The notes below the pieces were generated by a model. That model did not search any database, was not told the origin of the DNA, and saw only the letters and a program-made list of their open reading frames with translations. A program made the position numbers and the translations under genes. Below are positions 24,900-36,249 of a DNA stretch of 64,000 bases, piece by piece (position 1 is the stretch's first letter; the number at the start of each line of letters is the position of its first letter). Origin of the DNA: Chiloscyllium plagiosum (lineage: Eukaryota); the NCBI RefSeq assembly GCF_004010195.1, contig NC_057754.1:10982911-11046910 (forward strand). The letters are read 5' to 3'.

Positions 24900-27160
24900 A
24901 ATTGTTCGGATTCCAAGTTGTTCGAACAATAGGGCATTCGGATTCCGGGGTCATCACTGTATTTAATTAGGAAAGTGGGAATTACAATTCTATTAGGCAG
25001 GAACTGTGGAACATAAACTGGGAAGAGATATTCTGAGGGAAACGCACAACAGAAATGTGGAGTTTGCGTAGGGAGCACTTGCTGTGAGTGTTGGATGGCT
25101 TTGTCCCACTGAGGCACGGAAGGGGTGGTAAGATGAAGAAACCTTGGATGACAAGAGGTGTGGAACATCTCGTCATTAGGAAGAAGGAAGCTTACTTAAA
25201 ATTGAGGAAGCAAGGATCAGACAGAGCTCTAAAGGGTTACAAGGTAGGCAGGAAGGACCTGAAGAATGGGCGTTGGAGAGCTGAAAGGGGGCATGAGAAA
25301 GCCTTGGGGGTAGGATTAATGAAGATGCCAAAGCGTTCTACATTTATGTGAGGAACAAGAGGTTGACCAGAGTGAGGTTAGGGCCTATCAGGGGTAGTGG
25401 AGGGTACTTCTGCTTGGAATCAGAGGATGTAGTGGAGGTCCTTAATGAATACTTTGCTACAGCATTCACTCGTGAGAGGGACCTCGTCGTTTGTGAGAAC
25501 AATGTGAAACAGGCTGATATGTTCGAATAGTTTGATGTTAAGAAGGAGGATGTGCTGGAAATTTTGAAAAACATGAGGGTGCTGGAAATTTTGAAAAACA
25601 TGAGGATCGATAAGTCACCTGGGCCAGACAGGATATACGTAAAGTTATTATGGGAAGCAAGCGAAGAGATTGCTGCATCTTGACGATGATGTCTGCATCA
25701 TCACTGTCCACTGGAGTAGTATCCGATGATTGCAGGGTTGGCTATCTTATTCCCTTGTTCATGAAGGGGAATAGAGATAATGCTGTGAATTAAAGAACAT
25801 TTAGCCTTCAGTCGATGATGGGCAAATTCATGGAGATGATTGTAAGCGACAGGATTTGTGATTATATTGAAAAGCATAATTGCTTTATAGATACTCTGCA
25901 TGGCTTTGTGAGGAGTAGGTCAGACCAAACAAGCCTGATTGCATTCTTTGAGGATGTGACAATACACATTGATGAAGGTTGTGCAGTGGATATTGGTATA
26001 TAGATTTTAGCATGATGTTTGATAAGGTTCCCCGTGGTAGGCTAATTCAGAAAACAAGGAAGCATTAGACGCACGTAAATTTCGCTGTCTGGATACAGAA
26101 AAAGCTGGCCCATAGAAGACAGAGAATGGTACTAGATGGAAAATACTCACCCTGGAGCTGGGTGATCAGTGGTGTTCTGCGGAATCTGTTCTGGGACCTC
26201 TGTTGTTTGTGATTGGTATAAATGACTTGGATGAGGAAGTAAAAGGGTGGGTTAATATATTTGTCAATGACACGAAGGTTAGTGGAGTTGTGTATCGTGT
26301 GAAAGGCAGTTGTAGTTGCAACGGAACATTGACAGGGTGGAGTCGTGGCTGATGGAGTTTAAAGTAGAAAAGTGTGAAGTTATTCATTTTGGAAGATCGA
26401 ATTTGAATGCAGGGAATAGGGTTAAAGGCACGATTCTTGGCAGTGTGGTAGAACAGAGGGATCTTGGGGTCCACGTCCATAGATCCCTCGAAGTTGCCAC
26501 CCAAGTTGATAGGGTCGTTAAGAAGGCATACGGTGTGTTGGGTTTTATTAGCTGAGGGTATTGAGTTGAAGGACTGCGAGGTTATGCTGCAGCTCTATAA
26601 AGGTCTTGTTAGAATAGACTTGGAATATTGTGTTCAGTTCTGGTCACCTCTCTAAAGGAAGGATTGGAAAGCTTCTGGGAAAGTGCAGGGGAGGTTTACC
26701 AGGATGCTGCTTGGACTGGAGAAATTGTCTTTAGAATAAAGCTGGAGAATGCTGGAGGTTCTCTCGTTGTAACGAAGAAGGATGAAAGGTGACTTGACAG
26801 AGGTGTACAAGGCGATGAAAGGCATAGGTAGAGTGGACAACCAGAGACCTTTTCCAAGGATGGAAATCGCTATCTTGGGGGGCATAATTTTAAGATGATT
26901 GGAAGAAGATTTTGAGTGGAGATTTCAGAGGTAGGTTCTTTACACAGAGAGTGGTGAGTCCATGGAATGCACTGCCTGCAGTGGTAGTAAAGTTAGATAC
27001 ATTAGGTACATCTAAGTAACTCTGAGATAGACACATGGGTGATAGTAAAATGAAGGGTATGTTGCATAGTTTGAACCTAGAGTAGTATAAAAATTGGCAC
27101 AACATCGAGAGCAGAGGGGACTCTGGTGTGATGTACTGTTCTATTATCTATGTTCTATGA
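24900..27160 (+). mobile_element. CR1 LINE, decayed ORF2 and 3' end
   Basis: Motifs KKPWMT, VLNEYF, HGFVR, KCEVIHFGRSN, QRDLGVHVH, LEYCVQFWSP, and a TATGTTC-type tail. Confidence 0.88.
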
Positions 27161-27307
27161 AAGATTGCCAATGCTAGTGGGGAGAGTCAATTTGAGGTTA
27201 TGTCCAGATTAGCCATAAAGTAATTGAATGGTACAGTAGGCTCATAGAGCCAAATGGCATACTTACATTGCTAATCAGTGCAGTCACATATTCTTATGCA
27301 TCTTTGT

Positions 27308-27563
27308 GTCATAGAATCCCGACAGTGTGGAAACAGGCTGTTCAGCCCAACAAGTCCACACCGACCCTCCAAAGAGTAACCCACTCAGACCCATTCCCCT
27401 ACCCTATTATCCGATATTTATCCCTAACCAATACACCTAACCTACACATCCCTGAACATTATGGGCAATTTAGCATGGCCAATTCGCCTAATCTGCACAT
27501 CTTTGGATTGTAGAAGGAAACCGGAGCTCCCAGAAGAAACCCACGCAGACATGGGGAGAATGT
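27308..27563 (-). mobile_element. 5'-truncated HE1 SINE just upstream of the paralog A promoter
   Basis: Similarity to the other HE1 copies. Confidence 0.85.
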
Positions 27564-27662
27564 AATCATCTTGTGGATGTGACAAGTTGTCGGCATAATA
27601 ATGTGAGACAATCTGTTTCCTCATCAAATTCTAGCTGAAGTGCAAGTCAAAATTTAATTATG

Positions 27663-27689
27663 CCTCAGGAGACTCTCACTCTATATAAA
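27663..27689 (+). promoter_or_regulatory. Conserved promoter motif CCTCAGGAGACTCTC plus TATA box (TATATAAA, 27682-27689), paralog A
   Basis: 14/15 match to the motif of the other two paralogs, about 80 bp upstream of the ATG and preceded by TTAATTA. Confidence 0.7.
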
Positions 27690-27757
27690 TCAAGGCTGTT
27701 TCAATGTGTTTCACAACTAACATTGACAATGAACATTTCTTTTGTTGCTGAAGGGCA

Positions 27758-27827
27758 ATGCATGATCCGGCAAATGGACCTATTTTTGCCATTTGTTATC
27801 CAGTTATCGCTATTATTGGTGCCCCTG
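27758..27827 (+). CDS. GPR139-like class A GPCR, paralog A, exon 1 (N-terminus and first part of TM1)
   Basis: ATG CAT GAT...GCC CCT G|GTAAGT encodes MHDPANGPIFAICYPVIAIIGAP and splices in frame to the acceptor at 28225/28226, giving GAPANL. Confidence 0.9.
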
Positions 27828-28225
27828 GTAAGTAGTGGATAGAAAATGAAAAATGTGTTTGAAATATAGCTATTTTCATTCAGGACAGGGCCAAGTTTTA
27901 CTCACGTTTAATACAATCTACGTGTATGAGATTTCAGCCAGGTTTCAGCATATTTCAGTGAATTGAATGATAGAACGTTGTGTTCTGATGAACGACAGTG
28001 CATAATCTGTTTATTAAGAAACATTGTGAAAAATGTTATGCTGTATGAAAGGATGTCCTTTTCTTTGATTGCTGGAGTATTAACTGCCAGCAATTAACAA
28101 AAGTTGAGAGCAGTTAATCTCTGGATAAGGAAAATGGGCGGATCTGGAGTAACAGACTAAATGACACAGAAGCTGAATTGAAAATAGTCCTTTTGTAAGA
28201 ACTCATCTCTCCTGATCTCTTACAG

Positions 28226-29127
28226 CCAATTTGATGGCGATTGTAATCTTATGCCGAGGACGATGTGGACTCTCACCATGCATGACTTGTTATTTGGTGG
28301 CAACAGCCGTAGCTGATTTCTTTGCCATCGTCTTTGGCTGCATCCTCAACCGTATCAGTGGCATTTATTTTCGGTACAGCATCTTGTCCACCACACCGTT
28401 ATGCTCTCTCAGCCTTGTACTGATTCGGTGCACACGAGATGTCTCAGTCTGGCTAACAGTGGCCTTCACCTTTGACCGTTTCATAGCCATCTGCTGCCAG
28501 AACCGAAAGGCCAATTACTGCACTGAGAGAAATGCATCGCTGGTCACAGGAATAGTTTGTGCGCTGAGCTGTATCAAAGATATCCCTTTCTACTTCATTT
28601 TTAAGCCCTTGTACATCCTGGAAGGGGTTGCCTGGTTCTGTGACATTAAGATGCCTTTTTATACCTTGCCATTTTGGCAGGTCTACCACTGGATGGATCG
28701 CATCTTGACCCCATTTCTTCCGTTCTTCCTTATTTTGTTGCTCAATGTCTTGACGGTCAGGCACATCCTAATAGCCAGCAAAGCTCGTCAGAGGCTACTG
28801 GGTGCCAGGAATTGTGGAGACACGGAAATGGAAAACCGCAAGAGGTCCATTGTCCTACTGTTTGCCATCTCATTCAGCTTCCTCCTCCTGTGGGCCACTT
28901 ATGTCGGACATTTCCTCTATGTGCAAGTTACAGGTGAGGGTTACTACAGCGGCCAGGATTCCACTGACCTACGTTTCATCCTTCAAGAGACAGCAAACAT
29001 GTTCCAGTTACTCAATTCCTGCAACAACGTTTTCATCTATGTAATATCTCAGAACAAGTTCCGAGAAGAACTGAAGAAGTTGCTGTTGTGCCCCTTCACG
29101 TCCTGCACTAGATGCTTTAAACGGTGA
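28226..29127 (+). CDS. GPR139-like class A GPCR, paralog A, exon 2 (323 aa in total)
   Basis: Pyrimidine tract and TTACAG acceptor, then an uninterrupted ORF with rhodopsin-like TM segments: YLVATAVAD (TM2), SVWLTVAFTFDRFIAIC (TM3), ECL2 WFC, PFLPFFLILLLN (TM5), LLLWAT (TM6), NSCNNVFIY (TM7), FREEL (helix 8). These motifs resemble GPR139/GPR142-family receptors. Confidence 0.93.
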
Positions 29128-29725
29128 AAAGGAGAGAAAAAATACATTATGGATTTTGTTACTTTTCCTTCCGGATGGTTCAGTTTGTAGAACTCTCTTA
29201 CACACACATTTAAATCAAAAAGCTGTGCATTGTCGTTCTTGCACTCAAAAGACATTGGGTCAATTCTCCAGCTTTGTGGGCTTGCTTTCGTCAACTTGAA
29301 AAGAATGCGGAACTATTGGAAGTACTGCATGTCTGGATGAGTTTCTATACCACATTTCATGTTTCTGGTCATCATTTCAACGTCCCAGTCTTCTCGAACA
29401 ATATATATTGACTCTTGCAGTTTTTTTCCCCTTCCTTCTCTCACTTCCGTTTCTTCACTCACACCTTCCCTTCAGATCCTCCTACATCCATCGGGGGTTT
29501 CTTCTGGCTACATGTACCACCCATTCATCCTTCTTCCTCTATTCACTTCGTGAGGTAGGACTATCGTCATTATCCGTACCAATTTCTCCTTTATGTGCCT
29601 TTTATTTTATCCCGAACATGAATGTGTGCTCACAAATTTGGTCTATAACATTACACTGTGTCCTTAGCATTAATATGTGCAGTTTTACTGTTGCCTCTCT
29701 GTGTGCTAAGGTTTGTCCTCCAGAA

Positions 29726-29731
29726 AATAAA
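29726..29731 (+). terminator. Candidate polyadenylation signal of paralog A
   Basis: AATAAA about 600 nt after the stop codon; paralog B has one at a comparable distance. Confidence 0.35.
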
Positions 29732-30929
29732 ACACTGATTTATTAAAATTTTGACGTATCAACAGATTATTTCTCATAAACCGCATCTGAACACAGATTT
29801 ATTGATCATCCTTCCTTTCATTCATACATTTTCATGATAGTTCACATTTTGCTGCTTTTTTTCCATGTTGGAAACCAAAACGAAATGTACGTCATAAAAC
29901 TGATTATTAATTCATTTGTACAATTGTGAGGTGATTGTCACCCGAGTGGGCTAAATGCACCCCAAACTTAATTCAGTTATTTTAGCAACTTCCTTTTAAA
30001 TTGTTTGGGATGAAATATGCATCTTAAACCAATGCAAGAAGAAATTCTGTTTCTATATGTTTCAATGGCGATTATTCAGGGATGGGTGGTCCATTATTGC
30101 AAAAGCAGAAGATTCTTGTAATTTTCACTGAAAAGCATTGAAATGGAAAGACACTGAGTTATGGATTACTTAAGGAAATTGACACATCGATTGAATAAGT
30201 TCACTTGCTCGATGGCGCCATGACTTATTTAAAATTCCTGCATTGTATATAGAGATTTTGGCTATTTTAATCCCAGCAGTGCACCCATTCCACTTCAGTT
30301 ATTCCTTGGTCAAATTTTCCTACAATTATATGGTGTTGGTCCAACGTGAAATCCGGTGGTGTATAATGACATGGAATTTGATTCCTCAGTCGATGTCTGA
30401 GGAATCAGTAGCCATATTATGGTCGAATCCAACATTCAATGTGATAGTGAAAAATTTGGCTTGGAATTAAGTATGCCAAACTTAAACACTATCATCAGAA
30501 AGGATTAAGTGCACGTTGACTACAATGAATGAGAACGTACATTAACTACAGGGGAAAAAAAGAACTTGTTGAACAATGGCTGATGCAGAAATTTGTCCAT
30601 GGCTCACAAAAAATAAAGCAAAGCAACGAGAATAGATTCTAGTAATATATTAAAGAAACAATAGTTACGCAAGGAAGTCAAGCACAAAATCAATTTGTAA
30701 AAACAAAACGGACGTGAGGAAATTGCACAAGTACCGGGTATAATCCTATTTATGAAGAGTGTCGTTACGTTCCCTGATGGTATGTAGGTTAGGAGTATGC
30801 ACTTTTACTGCAGCAACACTGGTTCGATTTACATCTCGAGATAGAGACGTTTACTCTCGATGCAAATTTATCGCAAAACTTAAATTACATTCCTAAATTC
30901 CAGGATCAGAGCATGTGACGTAGACCCGT

Positions 30930-31530
30930 CAGAATTCTTGTTGTACCTCACATTATTCAGGTAAACCATGCAGCTCCCGAATAAAATGCTGGGATAAAAT
31001 GTCAGGATTAAAATGCTACAAGACATTGTCGGTTTCAGTAAGTTTTTTTTTTAGTTCAGACTGTTTAGCTCTTCGGTGATCGTTTGTTACAAAGTGGAGA
31101 GTGATTGAATTATTCACTGACACCGATTCGCTGTGGAGCCCATTAGTTAAAACAATAGCGATGACGTCTTCAATTCCACGGTCTTTCGTTCAAAATGGTC
31201 TGAATGAGTTTCATACGGTGCTGCAAATCTTTATTTGCTTCCACAGAGACGACCAGAACTGTTAAGTTTTTTCACTTTGCATTACCGTGTCCATCGGCAG
31301 TTTTTATTTCAGTTCTATCTTCAACTATTGCGGTACATGCAGTGCTGAAACGTCCCAGGAAGGGAATCAAACGATCCTCCATCTTAGTGGTAGCAATATG
31401 TTTCGAAATCACTGCAGAGTGTGTATTTTGTTGTCAATTCAGGGTTGATGGTCTGGCAATATTAGGTTTGTTCATGCTGATTTCAACAATCTCATAAGAG
31501 TTCGAAATTTAATATTCTGGATATCTAGCT
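30930..31530 (+). pseudogene. Possible decayed GPR139-like GPCR relic
   Basis: Colinear fragments: TV*LFGDR vs TVAFTFDR; aattattcactgac...tcgctg vs aattactgcactgag...tcgctg; SL-x13-IPxxF with the same spacing as TM4; LP-x8-VL (TM5); KRSSILVVAICF vs KRSIVLLFAISF. Confidence 0.4.
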
Positions 31531-31624
31531 GGTTCAGTGCTCCTGTGATACTTTTAGAAAGGTGACTGCGATTTTCCTCTTTGTTCAAGAACTCATGACA
31601 GGAACTCAATGACAACTCAATTAC

Positions 31625-32510
31625 AATCAAAAACAGAAATTGCTGAAAATTATCAGGCTGTTTGGTTGCATCTGTGGAGAGAAATCCGACTTAATGTCTT
31701 TTCCCAGTGGCCTTTTCTCAGGACTGATGACAACTAGGATTTTTTTTTATTCAGATGGTAGGGTACGGGAGAGGGTAAGGAATAAATGATAGATGGAGAT
31801 AGAGCCCAAAGGGAGATACAACAGTTGGTCAGACAAATGAATGATAACGATCTGGCTAGGAGACTGAATAGCTATTAATGGGAACTGTTACTGCCAACAG
31901 TGGGTTGTGTGCAATAGCAGACCATTTGATAATAAGGCCTGGTGTATGGGCCTTGGAGTAAGCGGAGAAATTCAAACCCTAAAGTGTTTGAAGTCGACAC
32001 TGAGTCCAGAAGGCTGTAGAGTTCCCAAGCACGAAATGGAATGCTGTTCTTCCAGTATGCAGTGAGCGTCTGTGGAACACTGTAGCAAGCCTGAGGCAGA
32101 GATGTTGGCCAGGGAACAAGGCGCTGTGTTGATCTGGCAGGCAACTAGAAGCTCAGGGTTCTTTTTTTGCGGAGAGAATGTAGATATTCCACAAAGTGGT
32201 CGTGAACTTGTTGCTTCGTTTCCCCAATATAGAGGAGATCACAACGCGAAGAGCGAATACAGAAGCATAGATTGCGTGAAGTGCAGGTGAAACGCTGCGT
32301 CAACTGGAAGGTGTGTTTGGGGCCTTGGTTAAATGAACTGGTGTAGCCACCTTATGTGATTGCAGGGGAAGGTGCCATATGGCTGTGGGGCGCGGGGAAA
32401 AGTGGTGTGAACCAGGGTGTCCTAGAAGGAACTGTATCAGCGGAAGGCTGACAAGGGAGGGAGGGGTTCTGTTCCTGTCGGAGGTGGCCGAACTGGCAGC
32501 TAATTTTCCT
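31625..32510 (-). mobile_element. Decayed Penelope-like 3' fragment
   Basis: Similar to the 52593-53010 family (GIY-YIG end and pLTR-type terminus). Confidence 0.55.
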
Positions 32511-32659
32511 AAAGATTTTTATGTATGTGTGTGTTAATTTCAACCTTTGTGTATACCTTCCTTCTGTGTGTATCTGCATCGCTAAATGCAATGGAAGATG
32601 TTTTATTTGCGCGTTGAATGAATTAAAGAAAATGTCAAAATCACTCTCCCATTGTGTGG

Positions 32660-35445
32660 GGGAAACGACCTAAAAGGGAAATGTCCCAGTAGCCAGGTTT
32701 CTGGCATTGAGCCTGGCTCTGCGGCTCATAGGGGAAGGGGCGAGCATGGGGGAGAGAAAGAGATCATGATAGGAGATTTAAAGTTTAGAGGAACTTTATG
32801 TGGTAGCAAGCAAGACTGACAGGGTGAGAGGCTGACAGGCAAGCAAGACAGGGTGAGGGATAACCCAGATCGAGCCTGCATGATTCATAAGTGAAAGGGA
32901 GAGCAAGAAGAACTTATGGTACACATCGATAACAATGACATAGGTAGGGTAAGAGAAGAGGACCTGAATAGAGAATATACGGAGATGGTAGGAAGCTAGA
33001 AGACAGAACGAGCAGAGTAATAATCTCAGGGTTACTACTGGTGTCACATGCTCATGAGGCTAGGAATGGAGAGCGAGTGCAGATGAACATGTTGCTGCAC
33101 GGTGGGTGAAGGAGGGAGTGCTTCAGATATGTGAATCATTGGCATACCTTCTGATGAAGGCAGGAACTGAACAAGAAGGATGGGTTGCACCTGAACTCCA
33201 GAGACACCAATATCCTGCACGGTGGATTTGCTACAACTCTTCTGGGTGGTTAAATCTAGATTGGCAGGGGTGTGGGAACTTGAGCTACCAGTCACATGAC
33301 AGAGTAGGTAGTGTAAAGCCAAATGCAGCTTGTGGAGAGTCCGTGAGGAGAGATAGGCACTTAATAGGACTATGGTGCAGTCAGTGTGATTGCTTGAAGT
33401 GTGCCTATTTTAATGCAAAAAGTATCAGGAATTAGAGTGACAAACTCAGAGCATGGATCTGTACTTTGAACTATGATGTTGTGGCCATTACGCAGACTTG
33501 GATGTCACAGGAGCAGGAATGGTTGTTAGATGTTCCAGACTTTAGATGTTTAAAAAAAATGGGGGGAGGTAAAAGGGGTGGTAGAGTGGCATTGCTAATT
33601 AGGGATAGCATCACAGCTGCCAAGATGGAGGTTGGCGAGGAGAGTTGGCACAGAGTCAGTATGGGTCCAAGCAGTTTCTTTATTGGGAGTTTTCTCCAGG
33701 TCCCCCAATAGAATGGAGACACGGAGGAGAAGATTGGCAGGCTGATTTTGGAAAGGTTCACAGGTAACAAGGTCATTGTCATGGGTGACTTTAACTTCCG
33801 TGATATTGGTTGGAATCTACTTAGTTCGAATAGTTTTAATGCATCAGTTTTTGTCATGTGTGTCCAGGAAGGGTTCCTGACGCGATGTTTAGATGGGCTG
33901 ACTAGGGGAGGCCATATTAGATTTAGTGCTTGGCAACGACCATGCCACATCTGTCGATGGGAGAGCATTTATCTGATAATGATCACAACTCCCTTTTCTT
34001 TACTATACTCATGGAGTGGGATAGGAGCAGATGGTATGGGAAAACATTTAATTGGGGAGAGGGGAATTACAATGCTATTCGGCAACAACAGATGTTCTCA
34101 GGGAAAAGCACGAGAGAAATGTGGTGGCTGTTTAGGAAGCACTTGCTAACAGTATTGGATACGTTTGTGACACTGAGCAAGAAAGGGTTGGCAGGTTGAA
34201 AGAACCTTGGGTGACAATGGATGTGGAACATCTAGTCAAGAGGAAGAGAAAGCTTACTTACAGTTGAGGAGGCAAGGATCAGACAGGGCTTTAAAGGGTT
34301 AAATGTTAGCCAGGAAAGAACTGAAGAATGGACTTAGGAGAGCTAGGCAGGTCATGAAGAAGCTTTATTGGGTATGATTAAGAGAATCCTAAGGCGTTCT
34401 ACACTTTTGTGAGGAACAAGAGAATGGCCAGAGTGAGGATAGGGCTGATCAGGGAGAGTGGGGGAACTTGTGCCTAGAATCGAAGGAAGATGGGGAGGTC
34501 CCTAATGAATACTTTGCTTTAGTATTCACTACTGAGAGGAACGTTAAGGCGTTCTACACTTTTGTGAGGAACAAGAGGATGGCCAGAGTGAAGATAGGGC
34601 TGATCAGGGAGAGTGGGGGAACTTGTGCCTAGAATCGAAGGAAGATGGGGAGGTCCCTAATGAATACTTTGTTTCAGTATTCACTAGTGAGAGGAACGTT
34701 GACGTTTGTGAGGACAGCATGAAACAGACTGATATGCTAGAGCAGGTTGATGTTAGGAAGGAGGATGTGCTGAAAATTTTGAAAAATAAATATAGATAAA
34801 TCCCCTGGGAGAGACGGGGTATACACTAGGTGCGTTGGCTTTCAGTAGCAGCGAGATTGAGTTTAAGAGCCGCTAGGTCATGCTGCACATCTATAGAGCC
34901 CCAGTTAGACCACACTTGGCATATTGTGATCAGTTCTGGGCGCTTCATTATAAGAATATTGTGGAACTTTCAGAGACGGTACTGAAGAGATTTACCAAAT
35001 GCTGCCTGATCAGGAGAGCATGTCTAATGAAGAAAGCCTGAGGGATCTAGGGATTTTCTAATTGTAGCGAAGAAGGATGAGAAGTGACTTGATAGTGGTT
35101 TACAAGATGTTGGTAGGCAAAGATAGAGTGGATATCCAAAGACTTTTTCCCATGGCGAAAATGTCTATCATGAGCGGGCACAATTGTAAGATAATTGGAG
35201 AAAGGTTTAGGGGAGATGTCAGAGGCAGGTTCTTTGCTCAGAGAGTGGTGGATGCGTGGAAAGCACTGCCTGCAATGGTAGTAGAGCCAGATACATTAGA
35301 GATATTTAAGTGACTCTTGGATAGGCACATGGAAGAATGTATAATGAAGGGTATGTAGGTTAGTCTGATCTTAGAGTAGGATAAAAGTCTGGCACAACAT
35401 CAAGGGCTGAAGGGCCTGTACTGTACTATTCTCTATTCTATTATA
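32660..35445 (+). mobile_element. CR1 LINE with ORF1 remnant, endonuclease, an internal deletion and 3' end
   Basis: FNAKSIRN, YDVVAITQTW, VIVMGDFNF, MRSDLIVVYK, GRFFAQRVVDAW; contains a ~155-bp tandem duplication. Confidence 0.85.
34390..34699. repeat. ~155-bp tandem duplication inside CR1, with a few mismatches
   Basis: 34390-34544 vs 34545-34699. Confidence 0.85.
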
Positions 35446-36249
35446 TATGTCTGCGATTCTTGGCACCCCGGACCCTCTGACGGGTTTTGTTGGCTGCTAA
35501 GGCATATCTGATCATCTGGACGTTGAGAAGCAGAATATGGAAGAATGGCAGAAATGGGATTAAGTTGCCAAACAGCCAGTAGTATCCATGCTAGAAGACC
35601 ACTTGTATAACGTGATCCTAATGTCACTAAATCAGAGCACTTCTTCCAGGATGTACAAGGGCTTAAAATGACTTTGAAAGGGCTATGTTTGACACAGTTC
35701 AGTGCACAAACTATCCTTGGGACTAGCGATGCAGTTCTCTTTGTGCAGTATCTGGCATTTAGGCTCTAGCAGCAGATAGCCATGCAATGGTCAGCAGATA
35801 TGCATGAGGCTGAGAGTATATAACGGAATGATAGACAAGGCACTGTACCAAAAAGAGAGATGGTTATAGTAGATGACGGTTGTAGTTTTAACTGGTAAAG
35901 TCTGCTGTTCATAATTTCTACCAGCACATAAAATATATTCATGTTTTTTTTTGAAATGCTGATTCCTATTAAGTACAGAAACCCGGTTCATGTTTTCTGT
36001 TAACTCAGAATTAACAGGTGAAGAGGATATTCTGCGAATATTGACATAATCTTCAACCTCTAACTCCAGTTAGAGTGGAGTGTGGCGCTAGACAGACATT
36101 CCACTCATACAGTTATGTTCATAAATGTAAATATTTAATTGTGCTCTGTCTTCGGAGGAATAACTGCGCCTCTATCTCTACTATTTGATCACCCATTGAA
36201 ATTTGATTCCCCATTTCCAAAGTAACATGCAGTACAATGGGAACTTCAT

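Noticed and set aside
25552..25605. 27-bp tandem duplication in CR1
   Set aside because: Ordinary slippage in dead repeat sequence.
28231..28236. ORF-track starts (TTG at 28231 and 59801) read as single-exon genes
   Set aside because: These starts lack most of TM1; canonical acceptors and matching upstream exons show both genes are spliced.
28226..29127. Assigning the symbol GPR139, or calling the genes OR/TAAR/V1R
   Set aside because: There are several divergent paralogs with no demonstrated orthology, and diagnostic OR motifs such as MAYDRY and PMLNPxIY are absent.
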